DNA from: Marsupella aquatica
Lineage: Eukaryota; Plantae; Marchantiophyta
Length of the DNA: 64,000 nt
Direction: 5' to 3'
Assembly: GCA_973895155.1 (NCBI GenBank)
Contig: OZ316899.1
Location: 3,059,455-3,123,454, forward strand
This document shows, in pieces, positions 36,001 through 49,299 of the stretch. The number at the start of each line of letters is the position of its first letter. The first letter of the stretch is position 1. Made by a program: the position numbers and the translations under genes. The notes under the pieces were generated by a model, which saw only the letters and a program-made list of their open reading frames with translations, was not told the DNA's origin and did no database searches.

Positions 36001-39000
36001 ATTTTCAGAACTGCGGCCAGTTTCCTGAGTCCAGGTCCCTGACTCGAGCTTCCTACGTAGATTTTCCGAAGTAGAAATTAGACAAGGTGTTCTGTAACAT
36101 GCACACCTGCTGCACTGCATTTTGTGTCTAATATTACTCTGGTATGCCTGACACGTGTTCACATTTTTACTTACGACATGCGCATCGGAGGCACTTTGGT
36201 CAGAAGATATCTTGCAGAAAACTTTCTGTGCAGACAATTTTAACACACGACAATCCCAAATGCTATACAAGATACTGACTTGAGAGACGATTTGCTTGAG
36301 CATCTAAGGGGAGACGAATCATGGTCAGTGGGTTTGATGAAGGGGATCCTTGAATCGACAACTGACTAACCCGAGAGGTGGACGTTGTCATATAGATTGA
36401 TGTGAACTACTAGTGACGTGGTAAGCGAACGGAAATTTCCTTTCAGAACGGTGTAATCAATGTGTCGTTGATGCAGCAGGTCTGATTTCACAGCTTTGAC
36501 GACGGTTCAAAATTGATTCAAAATCTATCAATGGACGTCCCATCCGAGCTGGACGACAAATTTTTGCGTGATGGTGGTTCAATTCTAACTGAGGGTGGTT
36601 AAAACTATGTCCGACGTTATGACAGATAGAAGATCACAGTGCTGAAACTGAACGCGTCTTTGAGGAAGCCAAGGTTGCAGATTTCTTAGAAAGGGTACAA
36701 ATCAACCTTTTTCGAGGAATGTTTCATTTGACCTACCTTTTCGTCTGCCAAATTGCTATGATGAACATCAGGTGACTGGATCCACGAAACTTTCTGGAGC
36801 CTGTACCTGTGTCAGGATTATCCAAAAAAAGCTCCATTGCGATTACCCCACCTTTAGTATGGCCACATTCGGGTTCCGTTGGAATACGGATAGCTCCAAT
36901 ACGAGTTCAGTTCCATTAAGGACTCCTATTCAATAACCAGAAGACATCAGAGGAAAATCACTGCAAGTCCGCGCCACAAGATCTGCAAGAGAGGAATTCC
37001 ACTGTTGTTGGTAGCGTGATGTGGGTTGTGCTCCGCACAGAACTAGATATCCCTTTTGCTGCTGATTACATTACTCACATGATAGTGAATTCTACTAGTT
37101 GGAAGGCATACAAAACATACAACTGGTCTTCTATATGGAAGCGGGAACTCTCTGTAACGTATTAGAGTGATTCCAACTGCGTAGGAGACATTAACACCAG
37201 CAGCTCAACTTCTCGGCATTGCTTCATATTAGATGGAGCAGCTGTTAGTCAAGCAAATAAGGAGCAAAAGCCTCAGGCCCTGTCTATATTGAATACAAGT
37301 TTGAAGGCCATTACAAAGGCCTCCACTGAAGCCTTGTGAGAACAAGCATTATGAAAACAAGTACCAAACCGAACTCTTCTATCTGGAGTGGCAAATCATC
37401 TTCAGTTTTGTTTTAGCGATAGGTGATTCCTGTCAAGCTATTAGCCACTTCAAATACAACTTGTATTGGTCGAATCACTGTTAGCAAGGTCGGTGTGTAG
37501 GGAGCAACCGGGGAGCAGACCGAGCAGAGTTGTATGTGAAAGAAAAACCAACAGATATATGCAAGTTAGGTCTGGTGTCGAGGGTGGGTGATAATGGACA
37601 TCCTGGTGCCACTGAATGGTAACTTTGAGCTTTGAGAGCCTTTTCTTTGTAAAACCACGAGCGACAACAAATTCGCGAAGTTTAGGGTTTAGGGTCAACC
37701 TAGAGAATTTAAGGTAACCCAAATTCCTCAGGTCTTGGAGGTTTTAAAAACACTATTCTTTGAAGTTGGTTTCTTCAAACAAGCTTCAATTTGCTGGAAA
37801 ATAATGGTCCTCGACTGAACGACTCGCTTTTTGCCTAGACAACGTCAGTAAGTGACTTTTTACAAATTCTCCAACATTTGCAAATTACTCCTAAGTCACT
37901 CTGACAGGACTACATTACTATGACCTTAGTTAAATTTATGATTAGGCTCAATGAACTAGCCGAAAACTTGTCTTTAGCAGAGCTTTTCTTACACTTTCAC
38001 ATCTCGCAAAAAGAGAAGTCTCTGACTTTGTTACATTTCATGGGATTGACTTACTGAATCTCAACTCTTCACAACTGCCATAAATAATTTATAGGTATCC
38101 CTATCCATATATTAATTGGTTCAATCCTTCTCCGCATCGATGTTGCGAGACACTGGTACAGTCCATCATTACGTAGAGGAAAAAACCCATCAAAGTTATA
38201 TAACGAGGAACTCAGGATAGACACTTACTTCAGAGTTTGATTTGGCCATCCAGGCCAGAAAGCACCACTGTCGCAAAACCATGGCTCCTTGTAGCTGATA
38301 AGAAGGGCAATAGTCACACAGAGAAAATAATATGTCAACTTCCATGCAGACTCCATAAACTTGAGGATCTTCTTTGGGCCATAATCCCCATCTACGACTT
38401 TGAAGCCCTTCTCACCATTTGAAATCACAACCCATCCTGCCAACCTCTGCAATGAAATGACACCGTTTGTTAAAGTCCAAACCTCAAACATGTCTGCATT
38501 CTCTGCAGTTCAAAGAAACTTACCTTGAGCGATAAATTTAGTGGTGAGGAAATGCTACGGTAAAGATCCTTCAGAAAGGGTTTCTCCAGAAAAGCGAGGA
38601 ACCTGATACCTCTGTAGTTACCAGTATCTTGAGTATCACCTTTCTTAAATAGGCTAGCGATGCCGTCCAACATCCATCTGGCTGGGAAGATTTCAGCCCT
38701 CAAATGACATTAAGTACGGTCACTAAGGACCTGGTCATGCGTTCCTCCCCAGACTTTGGTAATTCTTTTGCTAAAAGAAACCTTACGATCCCCTGTGTGG
38801 TTCTTCAAGTCCTCGAAGTCCCTTCCACCTACCCTCTAAAGCCCACTACTTAGGATCGGCATCTTCGAGCTCTACCTCATCTTTGGAGAACTGAACATCC
38901 TTGACAAATGCTTCAGCAACCTCCTGACATCAGATCTATTCATTAGTGGATCGAGTAAATTTGCACTCAAACGTCAAAACTTGATCCTTCCGTTTACGAA

Positions 39001-42000
39001 AGTACTAAATTCGTTGTCCTAGTCATGAAAAATGATTGAAAATCCAGCGGGAAGATGGTAACTTCTGAATGACACCTCCATCCAGGTGTAAACCTGCGTT
39101 CAGTAGAGAGAAATCCTTTGAATTCAGCGGAGCCCACAAAAATGATATGCATCTGCATTCGGTCGTCAATCGGGCATGAAACCCCCCCACAGCCTTTGTT
39201 TGCCCTTGGAATGGACAAGAGTTCAAGATCGTAGGCGGGAACTTGTGGTTTAAAAGGTATATCCCATGATGGTTCTTTCTGTTGCTGAATTTGAACATGG
39301 AGACTTGGTACCAAATTCAAATCAGAGTGTCAATGAAATCGAATCCCCCTAGTTACATGGGAATTATGGTAAGCCTTTCCAAGCACAAGCTGAACGATAC
39401 AATATTGGACAAGAGCCTGTAGTACAGCAAAGAGAGAGCGCACAATTACAGGCAGAGCATCCTTGGTTGTGGATTACCTCATTAGCACTTTGATTAGCAC
39501 TTTGACAGGCTTATCACAAATACTTTCCAACTTCGGCATTAGAGTAAGAGCCCAAGACTCTGACCATAACTCTGCGAAGGTTGACCTTTGTACTAAATCC
39601 CGTCTCATCTAGTGAGGCTGTGTTTGCATTTTTAATCTTTAAGATGTGGGCATCTCATGGCAGCCCTAGCTAAGTTCTTGTTGGTCACCACGAGTCAGGG
39701 CGGTGCACTCTCACCGTGAGACATGACTGCCAACGATACTAGTTTCTTCCCTCTCATGCTCGCAGCCTGTGGGATAGCTGATCCCAAAGGATATGAGCAT
39801 AGGCCAACACCAGAATTTGGCCCCAATGATTGTATTTTCTGCACAAATACACATGACAATCGCACTGGACTGAGGCAAACCAAGGTCTCACAGATGTCTA
39901 CAGGTAGATTTTAGGGTTGCTAACAATGATACTAAAGAGAGTATGGGATCGTGGCCAACCTTGCTCTAGACCAAGTTAGAGCCTTCATGGCTTTCCAACA
40001 GCACATCGAGGAGATTCCCTTTGTTGAAAACTTTCTATCAGCTAAACGCTTCAGCTGAAGAGGCCTGTCCATCTACACTCTCACCGGTAGCAGCATAAAG
40101 GACCTGCCCGCAGAGCCTTGCACCAAGAGCATGCTCATCAGAGGTTCTAAGCTACCGCTGATCAAGTAGAAGGGATCAAGTGTGGCGCCCGAAATTGAGT
40201 GAGTTGGATTGATTTCTAAAGTTAACGGATCCACAAATAGGTTCAATACCCATAAGTAGAGAAGCCAAAAATGTCAGCAGTTACAAAAGAAGAACATGTT
40301 AATAAAACAATGCGCAATAACGTTTTTTGAAGCATCAAGATTGCATACAACTTGAATTTTTGTTTTGATACGAAATCTAATGAACTGAGCTACAATCCTG
40401 GTACCCATTCAAAGGAACTTTTCAACAGACAGTGGCAGTTGGTTAGAATGCTAATGGAACAAGCTTTGACAGCGTAGAAAAGGTGCATTAATATTGATGT
40501 TCGTCATTTATCTTGCAAGAATCGGAGTGGCAGAGCAACCTATCGTCTTGAACGATCGGGACCCTCGTTGACGTATCGTTTTAAGCATTTGCCAACCACT
40601 TTACATATGGAGGTTGTGTGATTCTATGGAAGCGCTGCAAGTACTAAGGTGTTTTTTTACAACGTGTATATATTGATGCAAGACTGCTTCTAAGAGATGA
40701 TAGTGCTCTCGAAGATCTCCTCTTGTCCACGCAGCATCAATGCATAGGTGTGCGTCATTAAAAAATAATTGGACTCAACCAATTCATCGGTGCAGCAGTT
40801 CGCACAGGCAGCCACCCACATTTCTGGATGACTTTTGCTAGCATGTTAGTACAGTGCGTTGAATTATCTTCATTTCAGGGTCACCTCGTGATCTTCAATG
40901 CTCTGCATCTTCATTCCAGAACAAATCATTCATGCCGACAGTAGTGCAGCTTTCTCCTCTACTTCTATGCCTTATCTTTAGCGTGGAGACCCTTTCTATG
41001 TAGATTTATACAATTCTCTGTAACGGTGATGGATAAGCCGTATTTTTGCTGTGTTGGATAGTTAATCAAAGATCTCCACCTTCATTATCACTCCTGATCT
41101 TCTGCAGAAAGAATCCAAATGTGCAAGATATTTGCATAGAATGGTAATAACGTAATAACCTTATGCCATCACATTCTCATCTGCATTTGGACATGTGGCC
41201 ATCTGTAATTCCTAATCTTCTGTAGAAAGCATCCAACATTGCAAGATAATTGATAGAATGGATATCAGTCTTACGACATGATAACAGTTTCATCGAATTT
41301 GGACATTATGGCCATCTGCGATAAAGCTCTTAGGGTAATCTCTTCCAATGATGTCCCTGACGATATCTGCCCGCTGGTTGATGAGAATCCTGAACATAGA
41401 GGAAGAGGGCCAAACCTTATGTCATACCAAATGGTGAGTTGACAAGTTCTTACACACCATGTTTAGTGTGGATTCACGCCAGGACCTCTTGGCACTGCAA
41501 TTTGATCGCAGTATCTCGTTGGAAGGACTGCTGTATCTTGATGTTTCATACCTCATGTCTTGGAGTAGCGTCAGAAACTTTGTTGAACCCCAAATAGAAA
41601 CACACATAGGGGACTGGAGGTGAGAGGAACGGAGAGGGTAGTCAGATTGCTCAAGTCCCCATGTCCCCCTAGAACGATTTTTTACCTCGCGTCTCTAAAG
41701 TTTCCAGAATGCTACTATTGATTCTTGCTTGCAACACCCTTCGCTGCTAGTGGACGACCAGAATCACATCCTCTTTGACTTTAATCGTTTCCATGAGGGT
41801 ACTGATAATCCAACACCTATTCAAGCCAACCTGAACAACAGTATCTGTAAAACTAAAACTAGAAGTATATGATAAATCTAATCAAATTGAATTTCTTCAT
41901 TGTTTTGCGAGAGGTATTTCGTCAAAGACAAGCGACTATCAGTCCGTTATACATTTAGTATCGACCAGAGATCGTGATCTGCTCTTTCCTGAGTCTCCCT

Positions 42001-43819
42001 AATTCCTGCACTCCTCTCATCTGTCACCGGAGTTTTTAGTACAATCTGGCCCCAAGGTTAACCGGTTTGCCGCAGGATTTCCCTGTATTCCTCAAGCCGT
42101 TTGCATCAAACTACTTCCACTTTGCAGCAAAGACAGCGTGACACGCAATATCTTATCTACAGATACGCAAATTGTCAGAATTGGATTGGATTAAAGGGAC
42201 TTCCAGTACATTTACTTGCATCTTTTCTCATTAAGCGTGTGCATTACCTTATATATTATGTTCCACTTTCATGAACAGGATACCAATCAGGCACGAACAA
42301 GATCCACAAGTTGATTCCCGGAATTTAATCAGAGGTTCAGAGATACTTCTACAGTCCAATGCTATTCTGGCTAAGTTATGTTCATGCAAGAATTTAAATC
42401 AGAAACGGCGAGAAAATTTCACCAGCAACGTTGTATACAGAGTCATCGATTTCTGCCTAAAAAGATGCATACATAGAAATAAAGTCAGAACTATTTCTAA
42501 GCGTGGAAAGGAACAGTCCCTTATTTCCTTTTTTCGGATGCACAATTGCCGGCAAATATGCAATAAATCCCATTACTTAACGTTGACTCATGCTGTGCCT
42601 CAAGCCCATACGTTAACTTCCACGCAACCAATCAGCCACAAAGACCCATGACTGAGAATGTGAGAGACAGTGGTAATGATGAGTCAGGATGTGTAATTCA
42701 TTAACGTAAGGCCAAAGTATTTTATCTTCTCCATCCCTCTCTAAATCTAAAAACAGACTTCCTCTCGATTGCTGCAAATAAAATTTACAAATACATGTAC
42801 GATTAAAAAATTACGAAGTACAATACTACGTAATTGAATAGCTACGTAACGGTAACAATTCAGTAGTCAGTAAGTGATGACAATCAAGTTTTTAGTTACG
42901 ACGTCATTCTGGAATCCAGCACAAGGCGCAGACTAGTGTAGGAGCTTGATCCGTAGTTCTTAGTCCTAATGATGGCACTTCCAGATACTGTCCTTGGGAG
43001 GATTCAAAGCTCTTAGCTTGGTTCACTCGCTCATCCGCAGATTTCCTCGATGCTGTTGGATGTGGGACCACGTTCATCTCACTGTTAATCTGCTCTTGGG
43101 TTCTCAGAGATATTGAAGGACAAGCTAACAACTTGCAGTACGATGAGCTCGTTCACAAGACCAACTATGCCCCTCGAAGGGTCGTCTTTAAAAGTGCATT
43201 TGCCAATCAAGTTCAGTTTGTCATCTTGCAATTTATTCTCCAAAACTTTGAGCTCTCTAACTGAAGCAAAATTGTTTCGCATTTACGGAGATCCATCTTT
43301 GAAAAAATGGCGAACTATCCACCGGATCATCTCAATTATTTCCTTCATAGATGATGACTAGCGAGCAAATAAATGCCCAATATGCAAGTAAACTTTAGCA
43401 AGAAGTGGAACCTACGAGATATTCCAGGGGTTCCCGCTAAGTGAAAGTTTTGCTTCAGATTAGCAGCTTTGCACTCTAGGGCATAAATAGTTTGGAAGAA
43501 GACTGAAAGAACGCAGATATGAGCAGCCCCAGGAAACCATTACCGGAAATGAAATGGGACATACTCGCGAGTAACCTACCGCCGACTTAAAGAAAATCCC
43601 AACACCTATTTCAGCAAAAACTGCGCCATATGATGTGTCGTAAGAAAACCAGGTGAACGATTCACATTGCGGCAAAACAAAGGACGCGGAGGGGTATAAT
43701 ACCTGATACGCAAAAGTATCAAGGAGAAACCGGAGTAAAGGATAGGAAAGCGCTGAAAAGATGACGACCGTATAATCCTGCCATTCTGGTAGGCTTTCGA
43801 TCTCCCAAAGTGAATCCAT
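30073..43819 (-). CDS. LAG1: Ceramide synthase, LAG1/LOH family (TLC domain), LOH2-like; six exons, 290 aa
   Basis: Exons 43703-43819, 38229-38446, 31703-31858, 31154-31339, 30283-30461 and 30073-30089 total 873 nt. All introns are GT-AG with consistent phases. Lag1 motif RRKDFGVMMSHHVIT...LALHDVSDVLLE. Confidence 0.93.
30283..30461 (-). CDS. LAG1: Ceramide synthase exon 5
   Basis: YDVV...YYTFNTMLITLLVIHIYWW...DVRS. Confidence 0.95.
31154..31339 (-). CDS. LAG1: Ceramide synthase exon 4
   Basis: SFRVGSMVLALHDVSDVLLE...YFPFWIIKST. Confidence 0.95.
31703..31858 (-). CDS. LAG1: Ceramide synthase exon 3
   Basis: FQLKLFY...GFYVYS...WETRRKDFGVMMSHHVIT...SYIT. Confidence 0.95.
36520..37350 (+). 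mobile_element. Decayed Copia RT/RNase H fragment in intron 2
   Basis: Conceptual translation VGSVMW..RTELDI...SDSNCVGD...STS.HCFILDGAAVS...Q...ALS matches the Copia VGSLMY..TRPDI / SDSDWAGD..RSTSG / ALS consensus. Confidence 0.6.
38229..38446 (-). CDS. LAG1: Ceramide synthase exon 2
   Basis: RLAGW...KFMESAWKLTYY...EPWF...WPNQTL; ttgcag acceptor and gtaagt donor. Confidence 0.92.
38560..38900 (-). mobile_element. RTE-like non-LTR retrotransposon RT fragment in intron 1
   Basis: ELPKSGEERM...EIFPARW..GIASLFKKGDTQDTGNYRGI matches the KKGD...NYRGI motif. Confidence 0.65.
43703..43819 (-). CDS. LAG1: Ceramide synthase exon 1
   Basis: MDSLWEIESLPEWQD...LLRFLLDTFAYQ then a GT donor. Confidence 0.85.
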
Positions 43820-45079
43820 TGATGATACTCGCCAAGTAGGATAACTGATTCCTCACTTCGCTTGTGATTATGGGCCTGGACAGTCACCGTGGAGAACGTG
43901 AACATAAACAATTGCTCCCATAATCTAATGTACACCAACGAAGTAAAAACCACGGAAACAAAGCTAAAAACGTATAAGGTTAAGGACCAGGGCTATTCCA
44001 TTAACCATATATATATGGGAGACTTTTTATCCCATTAAGAGATTAGCCTCGGTCTTTAACTGTTCGTTAAGGTCAGAAACACTGATATATCAAAGTTCTG
44101 GATTGGGGTATCCAGCCCAACGAGTTGCCTCTCATCGACGGTCATGGATCATCCATTTCAAATCTATGGCCCAAAACAGCCACGGTGTCAAGGATTTGGA
44201 CGTATTACCACGTAGGGAGTATTTGAGTGTCCATTGTATACTTTTTGTTTTGAATTGTCCCGCTGTTGGCGGTCCCGCTGCTCGGTGCTGCTGCAGCTGC
44301 TCGTTGTTTTGCATTTCTGCTACTCGCGGCTGCTTTGCCATCGCTGTGCAGCTGTGTTCCTGTGTTGGATGTGCGGCTGGTCAATGTTAATCATGACCGT
44401 GATCATGCTCGTCGTTTGTGTTATGTGCATTTTTGTAAAGGCTGGTCAATGTTGATCGTCAATGTGCTTGTCATCTGTTTTTTTTGCAGCAGGTTCAACT
44501 TTCTTTCGTTGTTGTATGATGAGTTTCTCTTTACTGACATTCGTGTGTTGTTGACAACTTTTCAGTCATGTTCAACGAATGTGGGAGAGATATATTTAGT
44601 GGACCTCCAAATGCAACTTTTTCTCTTAATGGAACAAAAGTTGCACACACCCTCCCAGTGGACCCCAACGTTTAGATTCCCTCCCAATGGACCTTCGGGC
44701 CCACTCCGTACAAGCATGTTCTTCAGAAACATCTTCAACACAGTTCAGGTCCACTACGTACCGTGTGGACACCATGGTTGGTCATGTGTAGTAGACCGTC
44801 GATAACATCATATTCCACAAGCGTCGTAGCCCTGGCTGCAATCAAGCGCCGTAGCACCATGGCTTCCTAGTTTTTGTGAATACAATATGCCGCAATCTAG
44901 AACAATCGGAAGAATACAACATGGTCAATGTATTCACTCTACGCATGCAATGACACGTCGTAATTCTAGGTTGCGCCTGCTTTGCTAGTTCATCGTTAGG
45001 GATGGGGGCACGATCATTTGTGCGCGTATGCCTTCTCTTTGGCGAGGTTTTAGGATTTTAGGTGGCGGCCGATAGGAAT

Positions 45080-46025
45080 GGTGATCGAGAGAGGAGGATT
45101 GTTTTAGGGATTTGACTATTGGAGACCAGGCAGCTCGTAGGCAGATCGAAGGCCTGTCGGGCTGGTGAAGGGAGACTGCAAAATGAATTGGGACTGCCTG
45201 TAGAGCGATTTGGAGTGAGTGCAGAGCAATTCAGGGAGATCAAGAAGTGAACATTGGGCAGGTCGATTGGGTTTTGAGCCCAACCAAGGTAGTCATAGTG
45301 CCCCATGCCAAGAAATTGACATTGGCAAAGGAGGGAGTGCATTTTTGATACCGTGTAGGCAATCAGGGGAATCATGTTTTCAAGTGTATATGCGCTGGTC
45401 ATGCTCCTCGTGGTTTCTCTTCATTCAAGTTGTTTGTAACTCACTTGAGCACCAAGCATGGCCGAAAACTCCCTACTAATTTATTGGAGCCAGGCCTGCC
45501 TTGGTTGAGTTCAAAACTCAACATCTCTCGTCCCGCAAAGAAACCACAAGAATTGAGCAACACCAGTGGGAAGAAGACGGAAGGTGCATCATGGATTTTT
45601 TGAGGTTTACTGCAAAGTTGAGATGGCAGATGACCAAGTAGCAAAAGAAGAATTAGCTCAAGGAAGACTATTGTGTTTCAACTTTGGGGAAGAGTGAGCC
45701 ATCTGTCCCATCCAAATCGATCCTTGTTCATCTGATTAAGGTGTTCCACATTCACCCCAAGGAGAAGAAGCATTGGGGCTGCTTGGTAGACAACAATTTC
45801 TTTAAGATGTTGGAGGAGCATGTGAGCTTTGCTCCTATCACCAATGTTGTCTATCACTGGGCTGAGCATGTGCAACAGTTGCCTATGCAGTTGCCAGTGG
45901 ATCAAAAATTGCATGCTCTGCAGGTCAATGGTCAAGTATTACAGGTACTTTTTGAAAGAGAAATGTTGTTGCCCAGTCTCGCCAACCTTCAGCAAGTCAG
46001 GAGAGTAGAGAAGTCGTTGTTGTAG
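45080..46025 (+). pseudogene. Decayed TE-like ORF with a C2H2-like finger
   Basis: FKCICAGHAPRGFSSFKLFVTHLSTKH at about 45375-45460. Flanking frames are broken by stops. Confidence 0.35.
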
Positions 46026-48404
46026 ACGCCTTGGAGTTTTTGAGGAAGAATAGGGAAGTTTGTTATGGAAAGTGAGACTAAAATAAATCAATTTTGACAA
46101 TGCTTACCCAGACTATGTAAAGTGGAAGAAGGAGTCAATTTCCATAGCGAGTCAAAATTGTGTGCAAGATTACAAAGGTGATGGCATGTCACAAGAAGAA
46201 GCAAAGAACGCAGTACATACCACATTTGTTTTGCTTGCCTTTGCATTTTTGTGTATACTTCAAGCATAATGTTTACACCAGTTTTTATATTGAAGGCTAG
46301 AGGTCACAAAGTGTGGGTTGATACCTCAGATGAGGAGGGGTATGAGCCCACCCCTGACAAGTGGGGATTAGAGTATCATGAGTCCTCTAACAAAGAAGAT
46401 GCAATAGAGGTATAGGTCCTCTTCCCTTTATGCCAATCATTTTTTTTGAATCTACAGTCTAGTTTGAAAACATTGACTGGAATGTTTACCAAACTTCAGG
46501 TTCCTTTGAATGACAGAGGTCAACCCAAAGAATTAGGGAAGAAAGGAAAGAAACCTAGGAAGCCAAGAACCCAAGAAGTAGCCTCCATAGACTGTTACGC
46601 CTCCTGTTGACACTCGGCAAGCCGATGAGGTAAAATTTGCACTTCCAATGTAAGTATCCCATATACCATGATATCAATGTATGCACGATGTTTTAGTGCT
46701 CTTAGCCCAAGTATTGCATTTTAGGTTCCTCTCAATAAAGGAGCAAGCCGACCAATCAAAGCGAAAAACAACAAGAACCAAGAAATTTGCAGAGCCACAT
46801 TTGCCCACACCAAACGACAATACCACCCTTCCCATAGATTCTTGCAAGCTGGCCAAGTAACATTTACTGATCAAAGATCTTCTCAACATCTGTAAACAGT
46901 GTGGAGAATGTTTAATTTTTCTGTTTTATCAACACTACAAGTTCAGGAGTATGACATTATGTTGGGGTTGCATACCATGATGTTCATGTATACTTAATGT
47001 TTGAATGTGCCTGTACCCCAAGTACTGCATTTTTGGTTCCTAAATCCAATGAAAGACCTAAACCCAACCAATCTAAGAGGAAATCACAAGGACCAAGAAA
47101 TTGGTACAACCAAAGAAGCCCGCGCTTGAGGTAACTATATTTTCAGTAGGCCAAGGAGGAAATTCCACAGTAGACATAGTGGTAAATGTGTTTTATGTGA
47201 AACAATACTTATTTGATTTAAACTCCAATAACCTTTGCGATTACAGGGACCAAAGGAAGGAGAGCAGGCAACGGCAACCGCAGATACAAAAACAAGTCAA
47301 CATAGACATTCAAAGAGGAAGCAAAACACTGCTCCTGCCCAAGAAAAAACTGCCCAAACAAAAAAGACAACCAAAAACAAAGGCAAGGTAAGTACAAATA
47401 ATTGTGTACTTGCTGGCCAAAATATAGGGACTAAACACATGATTGACTTTATACTAATTTTAGCCTTACAATTACAGGATTCATCTTAACAAGTGGAGGA
47501 TGTCGATGCTCAACCAGGACCAGAGGGAGGCAATGCTATTGATACTGAGGGTACTGCCCTTCCATCGAATGTGTCTGTAATCCCATCATGAGAGGTGATT
47601 GCACCGGTAGGGGCGAGCACACCTCCTTTAATTGATTTTGGTGGCTACGATTCATTGGTAAGATGTGTTTGTTTGCTGATTGCTTTCATATGTGAATTTG
47701 CAGGAGTACCAAAAACCACTTGATGTGCAACCAGACCCATATACAAGTAGACGTCGGACAAAGTTGATAGTTCTTGGGCCATTGCATAGGGCGCAAAGTG
47801 AATTTGTAATCCCGGGGTCTGTATCACAAGAGGTCACTATGCAGGAGGATGACATTTTGGATTCCTTGCACACATCACAAATTCTCCAAGACTGTAGCCA
47901 GGCTGATGTTAGCTCTTTCCACAAGGAAATTGATATAATCATGAGTAATGTGGATGAAGTTTAGGGTACAATTAGCAATATCCAACGGATAGTTTAGGGT
48001 TATCTAGCCCTATTTTGTCACCAATGTGTCAATTCGTGATAATAAATATGAAATGTTGCTTCATTTCTTGCTCTCTTTGAAGATTGTACAACATGATCTA
48101 CTCCAAAAATGGTCAGAGTAGACAAGAATGCACATACCATGATTGGATGGTATACATGCCACACAATGTATTCATTACTCACACTATAAAAATGGTATTC
48201 ATGACTTCGCAACCTACAAATGGACAAAACCATTTTTACCTTGGATACACAGTGGACATTGTATTCAAAGATTGCACTTAAACAAAGTCGGACTCCCCTG
48301 CCTTACATATAGGCAACAAGGCCTGCTATAATGGACAAAACCAAAACCTGTTCAACACAGAACAATGTGTGTCTTGCATACAATATGCATTTTGTATTCA
48401 CATT

Positions 48405-48818
48405 TCCTCCAACTTTACAACAAAGACGCCCCCCTACCGAAGCCTTCCCAAATGGACAAAACCTATCGTATTACAACACAGAAATATGATTTGTCATGTA
48501 TACACTTTGCACGTTGTATTTGGATTTCACACTTAGAAAAACATTTGTCCCTCCAACTTTACAAAGACGCCCCCAGCCGAAGCCTGCCCAAATGAACAAA
48601 ACCTATTGTATTTTAACATAGAAATATGATTTTTCATGTATACACTTTGCACGTTGTATTTGGATTTTCACACTTAGAAAAAAATTATGTCCCTCCGACT
48701 TTACGAAGACGCCCCCCCCCCCCGGCAAAGCCTGCCGAAATGGACAAATTGTATTGTATTTCAACGTATAAATATGATTTGTCATGTAGACACTTTGCAC
48801 GTTGTATTCAGATTTCAC
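48405..48818. repeat. Tandem repeat, about 140-bp unit, three clear copies (older copies from about 48215)
   Basis: Units start near 48405, 48548 and 48690 and share ctttac..aagacgcccc...aaatggacaaa...tatgattt.tcatgta.acactttgcacgttgtatt. Confidence 0.8.
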
Positions 48819-49299
48819 GATATAGATAACATCATCAGTTATCAGTGATTGATAACTGATATTAGTCAATAATATCAGTGAAGGTTCCACAATGAGGGGA
48901 TGTGGGCGAGGTCGCTCACATTGGCAAGGATATATCGGCTAACACGCCAACATTATAAAATCATTCTTGACCTTATATGTCATTTCCGTACACTTTAATG
49001 CGACAAAAAAAGAATTTCAGCAAGGTCGCCGACTTGATCTTTACTAGAAAAATATTGGAAACTTCATACATTGTCATTCCTTGGCGGGTTAGACACTACT
49101 CTTGGTTGTTCCATCTTGGGAAAAGCTCTGGGCGAGGGTCGCCGACTTTATTAAGCTGCTTGCTCAAAACCACAAAATGTGTCTAACCTTCTAAGTCATA
49201 ATGTTCCACTATTCCCTATTTCCTACAAGTAAATGTGTGCTCATTTTTGCACATTCACTCTAGTGGACACCTCCAATTCAGCTCTTGTCAAGAGGAGGT

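Noticed and set aside
39000-43400. Numerous 60-125 aa ORFs in the ORF track within the introns and antisense to TE genes
   Set aside because: No recognisable motifs, many non-ATG starts, and lengths expected by chance or as shadows of real coding frames.
48405-48818. Regularly spaced repeats resembling a CRISPR array (also 63095-63190 and the palindrome clusters)
   Set aside because: They are whole-unit tandem repeats or irregularly spaced motifs with no unique spacers, no cas genes and a eukaryotic context.
49230-49265. Possible Helitron 3' end (weak hairpin then CTAG-T)
   Set aside because: The stem is only about 5 bp and no Helitron 5' TC end or Rep/Hel sequence was seen.
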